From: a virus
Taxonomy: Duplodnaviria; Caudoviricetes
IMG/VR virus record: IMGVR_UViG_3300044988_001028
Span: 4,039 to 68,038 of that record
Length of the DNA stretch: 64,000 bases
Reading direction: 5' to 3' (one strand)
Part shown: piece after piece, positions 1 to 18,683 of the stretch
Position numbering within the stretch: position 1 is the stretch's first letter
Layout of the letters: each line of letters opens with the position of its first letter
Notes under the pieces: generated by a model
The model's input: only the letters and a program-made list of their open reading frames with translations
The model's database searches: none
What the model was told of the DNA's origin: nothing
Program-made: the position numbers and the translations under genes

Positions 1-2683
<2,683 letters not shown>

Positions 2684-2698
2684 TTATTTGCAATGATT

Positions 2699-3256
2699 TT
2701 AAGGTTTTATGGCAAATCCGAACATAAAAAGAGTTCTTGGTGTGTTTCCATGGCAAACATCCACACTATGATAAAGTTCAGTTACCAAGTAACACATCAT
2801 GTCGCCTTCATTTAAGTCATAGGTTTTATCTTCGACATGAATAGATCCACCACTTTCAGCTTTACTAGACAGAATATTACATCTCAATCCAACTAGTCCT
2901 TCACCAACACTTGGATCTTTGTGTCTGTAAACATCTCCATCGTTGTAAGTCACGCTAACCACAACACCGTCTTTTCCATGTCCTTCTATGACTGGAGAAA
3001 TTCCTACCAATGGAACCACTTGACGGATTCGATCTTGCAAGGTTTTAACTAGTTCTGGATAGTTTATATTTTGACTCATTCTGTTTGTGAGCCTTTTTTT
3101 TGTTGTGCTGAATTCTTTCTTATCCCAATCTCCAGTAATACCATCTACGAATTGACCTTCAGCAACAGCTTTTGCAGTCCAATCTTTTAGTATTTGAATT
3201 TCTTCAGAATTGATAAAGTTTCTTATAATCATTACATTTTCATCTTTTTCTATCAT
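2699..3256 (-). CDS. 2OG-Fe(II) oxygenase (prolyl-4-hydroxylase-like)
   Basis: HKD...H facial triad (YRHKD, LYHSV), GG motif and terminal R (TPRTLF). Start taken at MIEKDE (3256). Confidence 0.75.
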   Translation of the reverse strand: MIEKDENVMIIRNFINSEEIQILKDWTAKAVAEGQFVDGITGDWDKKEFSTTKKRLTNRMSQNINYPELVKTLQDRIRQVVPLVGISPVIEGHGKDGVVVSVTYNDGDVYRHKDPSVGEGLVGLRCNILSSKAESGGSIHVEDKTYDLNEGDMMCYLVTELYHSVDVCHGNTPRTLFMFGFAIKP

Positions 3257-3258
3257 TT

Positions 3259-3756
3259 TTACTGCCTTTTGTTTAAGTGTGGATAATCTATATATGGCGT
3301 TTTCTTTTTTAAGAAATCGCATAGTTTATCGAATTTTTCATCTTCTTTTAAATCTAGAATCAAAAGATCATCTTGTCTGTTTTTGAAATACTCTGAAACT
3401 TTCGAATGATGTCTGTGATACCCTTCAATGAATTTATCTTTATCAAAAATGAAAGACTTCCATAACATGAATCGAGTTTCTAATTGCCAAACAGGATCTG
3501 TGCTGGATCTATGAAGAGAAGCAGCACTTTCTATCCAAGAATCTATATCTCTGGTTGTTAGTATGAATTTAGATTCTGGATACAATAAATCTAAAAATTC
3601 GAACCTTGCAGCAACCGCTGTATCTGTGCTTGCATCAAAACTGTCTATTTCTTTATAAGACATTGGGCAATGAATAGCTGAATAACCAAGAACTTTCAAT
3701 GCTTCAGTTAAAGAAGTAGTTCCAGTTCTGGTTAGTCCTATGCCAAATACTTTCAT
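3259..3756 (-). CDS. Sulfotransferase-family (P-loop) protein
   Basis: KVFGIGLTRTGTTSL PAPS-binding loop; YPESKFILTTRD..W..S; KKTPYIDYPHLN. Confidence 0.8.
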   Translation of the reverse strand: MKVFGIGLTRTGTTSLTEALKVLGYSAIHCPMSYKEIDSFDASTDTAVAARFEFLDLLYPESKFILTTRDIDSWIESAASLHRSSTDPVWQLETRFMLWKSFIFDKDKFIEGYHRHHSKVSEYFKNRQDDLLILDLKEDEKFDKLCDFLKKKTPYIDYPHLNKRQ

Positions 3757-4280
3757 AGCTTGCTGAAAGCCTCACAATCATATGAATATGCTTGCTTGAT
3801 GAGATCTATCTGCTCTTGGCTTAAAGTTGGCATATCTCCATCTTCAGGTAAAGTAACAGTCACATCTAATCCAAGATATGTGCAGCAATCATTTAATCCC
3901 TTATCAGAATAAGGGAAATATTTAGCATTAACACAATCTAAAATTCCCATCTTTTTCAATGACATGAAATGTATGTTGTCAAGATTGTTCAAGCCTTCTT
4001 CAACAGAACAAGACAATCTCAAACATGAGTTTTTGAATCTTTCAACTGGATCTCTGACAATAACGGCAAATCCTAAGTTTAAACAGTCTGTTATGCTCAA
4101 GTCTTTGACCTCTGGAACATTTATGATGGGTTTCCATTCTGTTTCAGTATTCACAAAATCAGAATTGGCTTCTGGATAATTTTTTTTAATCAATTCTTTG
4201 AATATTACTTGTGATCCGCTTCTTGTAGCAAGAGCTAGACCTATGTTGTCCTTATGCCACATAAAACCTTTATTTGCCAT
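3753..4280 (-). CDS. Sulfotransferase-like protein
   Basis: ATRSGSQ and IVRDPVERFKN motifs; paralogous to the adjacent ORF. Confidence 0.55.
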   Translation of the reverse strand: MANKGFMWHKDNIGLALATRSGSQVIFKELIKKNYPEANSDFVNTETEWKPIINVPEVKDLSITDCLNLGFAVIVRDPVERFKNSCLRLSCSVEEGLNNLDNIHFMSLKKMGILDCVNAKYFPYSDKGLNDCCTYLGLDVTVTLPEDGDMPTLSQEQIDLIKQAYSYDCEAFSKL

Positions 4281-4803
4281 GATAGTTTTCCTTTATTTTT
4301 AAGTACAATTCATTATCGTTATGATATTTTTCAATGATCAATTTAATCTGATTATCGTTTAAAGATGGTTTTTTCTCATCTTTTTCTTCGTTGAGTTTAG
4401 GAACTGGAGTTTGAAGTCCGAGCCAATTCGCACATTCGTCAATTTGTTCTGGAAAAAGGAAATATTTTATTCTATCGTTTAAAAGACCCATGCTTTCCAT
4501 AGTCCAAAAATGAACTTCATCTTCGACCAATCCTTCTTCTACTGTTTTGTTTCGTCTTGCACATGCACTTCTGAATCTTTCGATTGGGTTTCTTACCATG
4601 CAGCATACTTCACATTCTGGAAGACCTAGTGTTAAATCATGCCCTTGCAAGTTCATGATTGGATGCCAAAGTTGTTCATTTAAAACTTCTGGTTTAAATT
4701 TAACATGGTCTTTAGGCAACATTAAATTCATCAAGGCATGACTTCCACTTCGTGTCACTAAAGCTAAAGCCTTATTGTTTATCAAAGAGCAAATGCCTCT
4801 CAT
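4270..4803 (-). CDS. Sulfotransferase-like protein
   Basis: VTRSGSH, MVRNPIERFRSA, C-terminal I.EKYH.D..LY pattern. Confidence 0.6.
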   Translation of the reverse strand: MRGICSLINNKALALVTRSGSHALMNLMLPKDHVKFKPEVLNEQLWHPIMNLQGHDLTLGLPECEVCCMVRNPIERFRSACARRNKTVEEGLVEDEVHFWTMESMGLLNDRIKYFLFPEQIDECANWLGLQTPVPKLNEEKDEKKPSLNDNQIKLIIEKYHNDNELYLKIKENYHGK

Positions 4804-6065
4804 GTTATAATCCCCATAAATTGAAGACCATAAACTTGTATTGTGTAGCCAGTACCACTTTTATTGCTAAATGTCGCACCGTTTTTTAGTTCCATTTTGT
4901 AATATCTATAAGATGCGGGAGAGGATATAGCATAGTTCACCAAGCTATTGTTGTTCGATATTCCAGTCCTATTATCTATTGATGTCCAAGTCGAATTGTT
5001 ACTGCTTCCGTACAGAGTCCACGCACCAGAATTAACATTACTATTAATCATATTGTAAGAACTTATTGTTACTGCCACTCCAAAATCAAGATAACCAGTA
5101 TCCGCTATTACTCCTGTTCCTGCCGTAAATGGACCCCAACTACTTTCAAAAAACTGACCCTCAAAGTAATCTTTAAATGGAGATACAGTACTAGTTCCGT
5201 TGGTAGGTACAATCCTATTCAGATATGGTTCGTTAGTTTTCCTTGATCTAATACTAAAATCTGAAAAAGCCTTCGGAAAGCTAGTCTTAAATGCTGTGCC
5301 AGCGGTTTCTGTCAATATAGTACCAGAACTATTTAAATACTTAAGGCTTGGAAATAGAGTATATCCACCATGAAGCTCACAAGAAGTTTCTGGGCTTTCG
5401 TAGCCCCATAGCTGGATTTCACCTATTTGAAAACCATTTACTAGTTCTACAACTCCGCTTTTAGTGTTACGAGTAGACCTTCCACCTTTTGTGATTATCA
5501 GTCTGTAAATCTTGTATGCAGATGCACCAGTTACGGTATATTCCGAATAAGAGCAGTTTTTCGCAAGCCTGTCTGTAGCATAAGGAAATCTACTTTGCGA
5601 AGATCTTGTGTCAATTGTTGTCCAATTAATTTGATCGTTGGAACCAGATAGAGTCCAGTCTTGTGGTGTCTCGTCAGCCATATTAGTGCTAACTGTGCCA
5701 TAATAAGAATTTGTGATTCCATATACATTTTCACCAAAAGAATTGTACATTCTATATTTCGTAATCACTACTGGAAGACCAAAGTTGAAATATGCTTTTT
5801 TGGTTGCAGTTGCTACTTCGGTGACATTTTTATAATGTGAATCCCAAGGATTTTGATATGGCAAGACACCAGTAAAAAGATCGTTTACATAACTATTACT
5901 CTTTGCAGTTCCATCAATTATACTGTAAGCACTAGCACTAATAATATCTACATTCCATATGGTATTATCGCTAGTAGTGAATTCATAGTATGGTCGGTAT
6001 TGCGAACTCACTTGCGTGTTGTCGTATGTTGTTCCACCTCCTACTAAAGCTCTTTCAGTCGGCAT
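4800..6065 (-). CDS. Tandem discoidin/F5-8 type C-like beta-sandwich protein (putative adhesin)
   Basis: Two copies of the WTL.GS.D...WT.ID.R...Y.YYR signature; paralogue of the C-terminal part of 6075..7406. Confidence 0.65.
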   Translation of the reverse strand: MPTERALVGGGTTYDNTQVSSQYRPYYEFTTSDNTIWNVDIISASAYSIIDGTAKSNSYVNDLFTGVLPYQNPWDSHYKNVTEVATATKKAYFNFGLPVVITKYRMYNSFGENVYGITNSYYGTVSTNMADETPQDWTLSGSNDQINWTTIDTRSSQSRFPYATDRLAKNCSYSEYTVTGASAYKIYRLIITKGGRSTRNTKSGVVELVNGFQIGEIQLWGYESPETSCELHGGYTLFPSLKYLNSSGTILTETAGTAFKTSFPKAFSDFSIRSRKTNEPYLNRIVPTNGTSTVSPFKDYFEGQFFESSWGPFTAGTGVIADTGYLDFGVAVTISSYNMINSNVNSGAWTLYGSSNNSTWTSIDNRTGISNNNSLVNYAISSPASYRYYKMELKNGATFSNKSGTGYTIQVYGLQFMGIIT

Positions 6066-6074
6066 AATTCACCT

Positions 6075-7405
6075 TTATGTTAAATATCCTTGTAGCTGTA
6101 TATCTCTTATTAGACCATAGAAGCCACCTCCAGACTTCTGGCTCGCAGTAGCCGAACTACCAAATATTGATATTCTGTAGTAAGAATATAAAGCTGGAGA
6201 AGCAATCGTAAAAGTAGCAGCAGAACCAACTGTTGCGAGTGTTCTTGTGTCTAATAATGTCCATGTTCCAAAAGTGTTCGCACCATAAACTCTAAATGAA
6301 TAAGTAGGAATAGCACCAAACACATTACTACTCCAAAGTTTATATGAAGTCAATGTGATAGGGTAATCAAATCCCAGATATCCCTCTTTCGTAGATCCAG
6401 CAGCAACAAAGAAAGCATTTGCGTTGTTTTTTGCAGTAGTCCATGCAGCTATACTATCAGTAAGGTTTAGAACAGTTCTCATGTTGAATGCGGAACTGAA
6501 TGGATCAGTATTCGTAACCACACCAGAACTTGTTAGATATTTCACAGTAGGGAGTAAGGTATTATATCCATGCAAAGCACATGGTGTTGTTGGGCTTTCA
6601 TATCCCCACAATTGTACTTCTCCGAGTTGAGTGTCATAACTACAATTACCACTCTTGCCACAATTCCAACCTGTTCTACCTCTTGCCGAGAGAACAAGTC
6701 TGTAAGATTTATAAGCTGCGGGTGATGATATCTCGAATTCCGAATAGCTGCTTGTTGCTGGATCATTTGTGCTGGCATAAGGCAACATCGCTTGGCTAGT
6801 TCTTGTATCGACTGTTGTCCAACTTATTTCATCGTTGCTGCCTTGCAATGACCATGCTTGCGGAGTTTGATTGCCTAAATCAGAATAATTTTGATAAACT
6901 CCAATATTAGCCATGAACCCATTCCACATTCTATATTTCGTTATGACTGTTGGAATTCTAAAATCAAAAATGAATGTCGGTAATGCTTTGCTCGAAACGG
7001 TATAGCTATAAGAACTATTCAAGGTGTTCTGTAGTGGGAGATAACCGTTTAAAATACAATTGTTAAGGTTGTTGTTTACAGATGTAAAATATTGTCTGTA
7101 ATCAGCATTTATGAATGTTGGATCATAAGTCACACCACCGCCAACTAAAGCTCTTGGTGTCGAATTAACACTTAATATCATCGTGTTTGGTGCTGCTGTC
7201 GTTGTGGTAGTTGTAGTCGTGGTTGTAGGTGCTGCTGTCGTAGTAGTTGTAGTCGTGGTTGTAGGTGCTGCTGTAGTTGTAGTTGTAGTTGTAGTCGTAG
7301 TTGTAGGTGCTGCTGTCGTAGTAGTTGTAGTCGTGGTAGTACCAGAGCTAGTAAAGGCTTTAAGCTGACCTTTCAAAATCATGCTTCCTAGTATTTTCAA
7401 TCCCA

Positions 7406-7406
<1 letters not shown>
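6075..7406 (-). CDS. Thr-rich (mucin-like) linker plus tandem discoidin-like domains; putative virion adhesin
   Basis: Start MGLKILG overlaps the upstream stop (TAATG). TTTTTTAAP repeats; WSLQGSND...WTTVDTR...YKSYRL. Confidence 0.65.
7186..7340 (-). repeat. Poly-Thr/AAP coding repeat
   Basis: Four (T)n-AAP units. Confidence 0.9.
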
Positions 7407-8563
<1,157 letters not shown>

Positions 8564-8566
8564 TCA

Positions 8567-8604
8567 AAAAAAAATCTTTTGCCTTTTACAGCAAAAGATT
8601 TTTT
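8567..8604. terminator. Intrinsic terminator (symmetric)
   Basis: AAAAAATCTTTTGC-cttttaca-GCAAAAGATTTTTT downstream of 8631..10904. Confidence 0.65.
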
Positions 8605-8630
8605 GGTTGCTTGATTAGAGCAAATTGAAA

Positions 8631-10934
<2,304 letters not shown>

Positions 10935-11007
10935 TTATCTCTATGTATTGGCTGTAAGCAAAACAATAAATTTGTTATCGGTGAAAATATGTAGTTCGGT
11001 GAAAAAT

Positions 11008-13225
<2,218 letters not shown>

Positions 13226-13229
13226 TAAT

Positions 13230-13754
13230 TTATATACCTATAATACAAAGTTTTTGGTTAATTGAACTCGCTATTGCATACAATCTATTAGTATTATCAA
13301 TAGAAATCGAAATGCTTTCTCCAGCGCTTAATTCAAATCCATTAGAGTTTGTTACACCAAAAATTCCTAAATATACAACTCCATTATTAGAGTCCATAGA
13401 TTTTATTGTTACTGATAATGATATTGCGTTATCTGAAAGTTGCGTTTCCGATGTTCCAATAATTTCTTGAAATACAATTACATTGCTTCTTCCAACTGTT
13501 TGATCTGAAGCGACTACAACTGGTATACTGTTTGCACTTGTCGATTGCCCTTTCCTAGCTTCTCTAACAACTAAACCAATGTCTCCATCATTTGGCAAAG
13601 TTCCTGTTGTGGTGACAACATCATCGGCACCTTCTCCAGTCACAACAACACGAGGTCTTTTTCTAACAAGCGGAGCAGCATCATAAGATACTGCTGTTTC
13701 ATCCATGACATCCCCGCCTATGCCGGGATTTAAAATTGTATAATCATCACTCAT
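13230..13754 (-). CDS. Hypothetical virion protein
   Basis: 174-aa ORF with GGAGG SD and CATAAATA late-type motif at 13773-13780; heads the fibre operon. Confidence 0.6.
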   Translation of the reverse strand: MSDDYTILNPGIGGDVMDETAVSYDAAPLVRKRPRVVVTGEGADDVVTTTGTLPNDGDIGLVVREARKGQSTSANSIPVVVASDQTVGRSNVIVFQEIIGTSETQLSDNAISLSVTIKSMDSNNGVVYLGIFGVTNSNGFELSAGESISISIDNTNRLYAIASSINQKLCIIGI

Positions 13755-13848
13755 ATTTTCTTCCTCCTTGGATATTTATGAAGCTTTTTTTAAAAACGAT
13801 ATTGAATAAATTGACTAAATATAAGAAAATATCTTTTTGGAGACAAAT

Positions 13849-15279
13849 ATGACCACTTTGCTGGTGATTGATAACGATTATTGTCAACTTTTAACAACCA
13901 ATCATAAAATCAAACAAACTTTGTGGGATTGTCTGCGTTTTCGTGAACGGAACTACTTTCATAGCAGACTGTATAAACAGCGACTTTGGGATGGTTACAC
14001 AGAATTTTTTAAAAAAGAAACAGGAAGATTTTTGACTGGTCTTATTCCAGAAGTTTCTGCTGCACTGAAGCATTTCGATATTGAATATGAAATTCAAGAT
14101 AATAGATCAGAATTTAAATTTTCAGAAAATTTAATTGAAGAAAATTTTCTCAATCAGTGGCTACCAAAAGGACTTGAACCAATAAAACTTCATGATTATC
14201 AAGTTGAACTTATAAGCCAAGCCATAAAGCATAAACGAGGAATTGTATTCGCACCTACTTCGGCTGGTAAGACTTTAATTCTTTTGGGCATATTAAAATC
14301 ATTGCCTCCAAAAACACCAACATTAATTCTTCAAAATCGTGTAGGTCTTGCAGAACAAAACTACGCTGAATTAAAAAAATGGGATATTCCTAATCTTGGA
14401 AGATTGTGGGGCGGTGTAATTGAGCCAAACATAGTAACTGTCGCCAGCGTAATGTCTGTAAAAAAAATAGATAAAGCTTTAAGTAGATTTAAAGTTCTTA
14501 TTGTTGATGAAATACATGACATGATGTCTAAAACTCCAATAGATGTATACAAAAAACTTAAAAGTACGAGCGTTAGAATTGCAATATCTGCAACGCCTTT
14601 CAAATTTGGAGAAAAAGATAAAGTTCAAAAACACCAAGTGAAAGGATATTTTGGACCTATATTGAAAATAAAATCATCTGTCAATGGAGTCCTTACCACG
14701 GCACAACTTCAAGAAAGAGGAATTTTATCTTCAAGTAATTGCAATTTTTATCCTATCAATGAGCCAAGTATTCCTTACGACATATATCTTGATGCAGTCA
14801 CAAGAGGCATTGCAGAAAATTTTTATTTCAATGACATAGTTACCAGACTTGCCAAAAAATGCAAAGGAAGGACATTGATTCTTGTTGATCGAATTGCACA
14901 TGGAGACATTCTAAACAAGATGATTCCAAATTCGTTATGGGTTCAAGGTAAAGATAATGCAGACACTAGGAAGGAAGTAATTCAACAGCTTCAAAAATCA
15001 AAAAAATCTTTGATTGCAATTGCGACACAACAAATATTCAATACTGGTATTAATGTTTTTATTCATTCGCTTATAAATGCTGCAGGTGGTCAAGCAGATC
15101 ATCAAATCATTCAAAGAATGGGTCGTGGGTTGAGAACTGCAAAAGATAAAGAAGAACTAAATTATTATGATTTTGTTTTTAATATCAATCCATATTTGTT
15201 AGAACATAGCAAGAAACGCATCAAAATTCTACGAGAACAAGGACACAATGTTGTGGTCAACGAAACGACAGATATATGA
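13849..15279 (+). CDS. uvsW: UvsW-like superfamily 2 DNA helicase
   Basis: LHDYQ Q-motif, APTSAGKT, VDEIH, SATP, TGIN, QRMGRGLR. Start after GGAG at 13849. Confidence 0.85.
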   Translation: MTTLLVIDNDYCQLLTTNHKIKQTLWDCLRFRERNYFHSRLYKQRLWDGYTEFFKKETGRFLTGLIPEVSAALKHFDIEYEIQDNRSEFKFSENLIEENFLNQWLPKGLEPIKLHDYQVELISQAIKHKRGIVFAPTSAGKTLILLGILKSLPPKTPTLILQNRVGLAEQNYAELKKWDIPNLGRLWGGVIEPNIVTVASVMSVKKIDKALSRFKVLIVDEIHDMMSKTPIDVYKKLKSTSVRIAISATPFKFGEKDKVQKHQVKGYFGPILKIKSSVNGVLTTAQLQERGILSSSNCNFYPINEPSIPYDIYLDAVTRGIAENFYFNDIVTRLAKKCKGRTLILVDRIAHGDILNKMIPNSLWVQGKDNADTRKEVIQQLQKSKKSLIAIATQQIFNTGINVFIHSLINAAGGQADHQIIQRMGRGLRTAKDKEELNYYDFVFNINPYLLEHSKKRIKILREQGHNVVVNETTDI

Positions 15280-15587
15280 TAATTCCAGAATTTGAAAAAG
15301 AATATTACGAAAGACAAATAGAATGTATGTCTGAAAGATACAAGAAAATATTTGCTTCGTTGAAAATAAATTGGACTAAATTTTACAAACTGATTTCTTC
15401 TAAATTGAACGAAAGTACATTTAGAATTTGGATATTCTTATGTGGATTGGAACCAATACTAAAAGAATGCAGAACAAAAAGCTCTAAAAAAGAAAAGCTT
15501 CAGTATTTGACAGAAACATCGAAGAAAAGAATCTACACAATAACAAAAGATGATGATAAAATTAAATTTTTCTTAAGGAACTTATGA
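15276..15587 (+). CDS. Hypothetical protein
   Basis: 103-aa ORF translationally coupled to its neighbours. Confidence 0.55.
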   Translation: MIIPEFEKEYYERQIECMSERYKKIFASLKINWTKFYKLISSKLNESTFRIWIFLCGLEPILKECRTKSSKKEKLQYLTETSKKRIYTITKDDDKIKFFLRNL

Positions 15588-16073
15588 ATGATTGAAATAG
15601 AAATTACTCAAGAAATGATCATTCGTGCCACAAAAAAATCATTGGAAATGGGAGAGATAAGAAACTCTATTACCAGTGGGATGGGAAATATAGCTGGCTT
15701 TATTGGAGAGCAAGTTGCAAATGAAGTTATAAAAGGAATTATAAATAACACTTATGATTATGACATTATTGAAGACAACATACTTTGGGATGTAAAAACC
15801 AAAAGATGCACATCTAGACCAAGACCACATTATGAATGTTCTATTGCAGCTTTAAACACACATCAAATATGCACAAAATATGCATTTGTTAGATTGGAAT
15901 TCAGTAATGATACATGGCATAAAGCTTACATCTTAGGATGGCTTGATAAAGATGAATATTATAAAAAAGCAAAATTTCTTAAAAAAGGAGATTTTGATCC
16001 AGACAATAATTTCACTGTAAAAGCAGACTGTTATAATGTTAAAATTTCAGATTTGAATCCTTTTGAAGTATGA
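15588..16073 (+). CDS. Putative PD-(D/E)XK nuclease-like phage protein
   Basis: GEQVA...YDYDII...WDVKTK pattern. Confidence 0.55.
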   Translation: MIEIEITQEMIIRATKKSLEMGEIRNSITSGMGNIAGFIGEQVANEVIKGIINNTYDYDIIEDNILWDVKTKRCTSRPRPHYECSIAALNTHQICTKYAFVRLEFSNDTWHKAYILGWLDKDEYYKKAKFLKKGDFDPDNNFTVKADCYNVKISDLNPFEV

Positions 16074-16349
16074 TCATTCAAATTTTTCTTCGCCATTTTC
16101 ATCTTCAAAATGAAGAACAATTCTTCCTAAAGTTGTTGTATACTTTCTAAAAACTTTAATTTTACCTGAGTGGATTTTTCTGTGACATAAACAGCAAACT
16201 GTTATTGTGTTCATTTCATGGTATTTTCCACCATCTTTTCCTTCAATTATACGATGCACATCTAGAAGATCATAATCGCTTTCTCGACAAAAATAACAAC
16301 TCTTGTCGGAAAGTTTTTTTATCTGTTTTTTGCTTTTTTTGCTTCGCAT
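16074..16349 (-). CDS. Small HNH endonuclease
   Basis: CYFC...LDVHRI...GGKY...N...CCLCHRKIH. Confidence 0.75.
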   Translation of the reverse strand: MRSKKSKKQIKKLSDKSCYFCRESDYDLLDVHRIIEGKDGGKYHEMNTITVCCLCHRKIHSGKIKVFRKYTTTLGRIVLHFEDENGEEKFE

Positions 16350-16385
16350 GCTAAATTATAAAGGTAAATGTTCATAAATAAAAAT

Positions 16386-17132
16386 ATGCAATTCAAAGAA
16401 TTTTTTAAATCTGATTCGAATCGTTATGATGCCTATGTTTCTAGGCTTGTTCGATGCACTCCAAAAGTTAAATTGGTAACTCTTTGTGAAAATAATTTTC
16501 CAATATACAGAGCCACCATTAATCCCGACAAATCAAAATCAATTTTTATAGTCGGTGGAATTCATGGTAATGAAATAGGTGGAATCACTGGAATTATCGA
16601 TTACTTATCAAGAGGTAAATTTCCCAAAGATATAACACTTGAGTTTTTTCCTATTCTAAATCCAACTGGATTTATATCCAATAACAGATTTACTGATGAG
16701 GGGAACGATTTGAATCGAGATATGTGTCATCGTATAAAACAACCAGAAGTTAAAAGTATTCTAGAATTGGCGAAGAAAATGAAGCCATCTTTATTCTGGA
16801 CACTACATGAAGATGAATCTACAGATGGTTTTTATTCTTACTACTCAGACGAAGATAAAAAACCTCTTTGGGATAAATGCGTAAGAGAAGCATCGTCTTA
16901 TTTTCCCATACTTGATGGAGAAATACATGGCGATAAATGCATTAATGGTTTGATATCTCATCCAAAAAAACAAAGAATAGAATCAGAGCCTAAACACAAA
17001 TGTTCTATTGAAAATGGAATTCACGACATGGGTTTTCCATATTTGACAACTGAGACACCCATGAAAAATGATTTAGCTAAAAGAACATTGTTTAATAGAA
17101 AGTTAATTGATATTATTGCACAATCTTATTGA
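16386..17132 (+). CDS. M14-family zinc carboxypeptidase / AstE-like deacylase
   Basis: GGIHGNE, LNPTG, DLNRD, TLHED, TTETP motifs. Start MQFKEFF lies 5 nt after CATAAATA. Confidence 0.8.
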   Translation: MQFKEFFKSDSNRYDAYVSRLVRCTPKVKLVTLCENNFPIYRATINPDKSKSIFIVGGIHGNEIGGITGIIDYLSRGKFPKDITLEFFPILNPTGFISNNRFTDEGNDLNRDMCHRIKQPEVKSILELAKKMKPSLFWTLHEDESTDGFYSYYSDEDKKPLWDKCVREASSYFPILDGEIHGDKCINGLISHPKKQRIESEPKHKCSIENGIHDMGFPYLTTETPMKNDLAKRTLFNRKLIDIIAQSY

Positions 17133-17398
17133 TATCCAGCCATTGTTTTTATAATATCAAGAACTGTGCCTTTATTATCGCTTTCAATTTTTTTACGAAT
17201 CAAATCTTTTGTTTTTGTAGGCAACAATTTATAAACTTCCAAATTTTCTAATTTAGCCATTAGATTTTGTTGATTTAAAGAATCTATTGGCGTAGATGCT
17301 CCTTTTTTTGTGTCTAAATTAAGAGAATTTAAAACAACATCTAAATAATCTTTTAATTTTTCTTGTTTTGCTTCAATCCAAACTTTAAATCGTTTCAT
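17126..17398 (-). CDS. Small hypothetical protein with capsid-targeting-like N-terminus
   Basis: MKRFKVWIE start; AAGGA SD. Confidence 0.6.
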   Translation of the reverse strand: MKRFKVWIEAKQEKLKDYLDVVLNSLNLDTKKGASTPIDSLNQQNLMAKLENLEVYKLLPTKTKDLIRKKIESDNKGTVLDIIKTMAGYQ

Positions 17399-17428
17399 TT
17401 TTATCCTTTTGTTAATCTATATATAATT

Positions 17429-18229
17429 ATGTATAGCTTCAAAAAATTTATCAGCTTAAAAGAATGGGCTGACTTTGGATTTGGTGAAAGATTAAAAAAA
17501 CCAGCTGGTGGAACTAAGCCATCTGAAGGCAATATGCCCATTAATACTATTAGTTCAAGCAAAATTATTTCAGAATTACTTTCTACACCAGAAATTGGAA
17601 ATTATATAGCAAACCCCAAATTTCAAAACCTTATAGAATGGGGCGATGAAGCTGGTGCATTGCAATTACAATTAACTCCTTTGGGTTCTTACAAGATTAT
17701 TGCTAGAAGAAAAGTTATTGATGCTGTTGGTGAAAGTGCTTGGATTTGCAAAAAAGTATTTCCTTTGGATGAAGGATATCATAATACAAGAGAAGAAATA
17801 TATGCTTCTGAAATCCACAATTATCTAGTTAATTTAAATGAACAGCTTATTGATTCTCCAAATGTTCAATTTGAAGGATTTGATAAATTATCTCTAAAAA
17901 TTTTTAACAATGTAAGAAAGGTATTTCCATCTTATTGTATGTTTCCAATTGGGATGTACAAGAAGAGTGAAAACTATCACAAATATGTTTTTGAATTTAG
18001 AGGACATGGCGTTGAAGCTCCTACTGGTGGTAGAGCAGAACAATTTAATATAGACTTATCGTGGAATCAAAAAAAAGGATTAATTCGTTGTTGGGGATAC
18101 AATATAGATTCAACAATAAGGCAACATTCATGGAAAGTTCAACCATCTGAATGGGATGAATATTTTGCTCCGACTCAAGATACAAAAGAAATTGTAGAAT
18201 CTATATCTAGAATATTCATGACATATTAG
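17429..18229 (+). CDS. Hypothetical protein with capsid-targeting-like N-terminus
   Basis: Start MYSFKKFISLKEW just after TATATATA. Confidence 0.65.
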   Translation: MYSFKKFISLKEWADFGFGERLKKPAGGTKPSEGNMPINTISSSKIISELLSTPEIGNYIANPKFQNLIEWGDEAGALQLQLTPLGSYKIIARRKVIDAVGESAWICKKVFPLDEGYHNTREEIYASEIHNYLVNLNEQLIDSPNVQFEGFDKLSLKIFNNVRKVFPSYCMFPIGMYKKSENYHKYVFEFRGHGVEAPTGGRAEQFNIDLSWNQKKGLIRCWGYNIDSTIRQHSWKVQPSEWDEYFAPTQDTKEIVESISRIFMTY

Positions 18230-18236
18230 GAGTCAA

Positions 18237-18683
18237 ATGAAAAATGTAATCAATATTTTTTTAGCATCTATATGTCTTGCTTTGATATTCTTAACAAGAA
18301 ACACTAATTCAAATAAAAGTGAAAATATATCTATAAATCAAACATCTAAAGATGTTGTCATTCAAAAAGATGACATTTATGAAAATGCGAAAAAAACAGC
18401 AAAAAAAGAAAACAAATCAATAATTCTTGTTTTTGGAGCAAATTGGTGTGTGTGGTGTCAAAAATTTGAGCATGATACATTAACTTCAAGTAGGTCAATT
18501 AGTGCTGTGGAATCTCATAATGCAATTATCGTTAAAATAAATGTTGATAAAAATCAAAGTACTGCAGGAAAATATGGAGTTAAATCCATACCTTGCACAA
18601 TTATTGTGGATAAAAATGAAAATGAAATTAAAAGAAAAGTAGGATATATGAATATTCGTGATTTTATATCTTGGCTTGATTAA
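18237..18683 (+). CDS. Thioredoxin-family protein with N-terminal signal/anchor
   Basis: FGANWCVWC CxxC, YGVKSIP cis-Pro loop, hydrophobic N-terminus. Confidence 0.85.
   Translation: MKNVINIFLASICLALIFLTRNTNSNKSENISINQTSKDVVIQKDDIYENAKKTAKKENKSIILVFGANWCVWCQKFEHDTLTSSRSISAVESHNAIIVKINVDKNQSTAGKYGVKSIPCTIIVDKNENEIKRKVGYMNIRDFISWLD

Noticed and set aside
10978-11005. Direct repeat TCGGTGAAAA x2 between fibre genes
   Set aside because: Only two short copies and not noticed elsewhere; too weak to call an operator.
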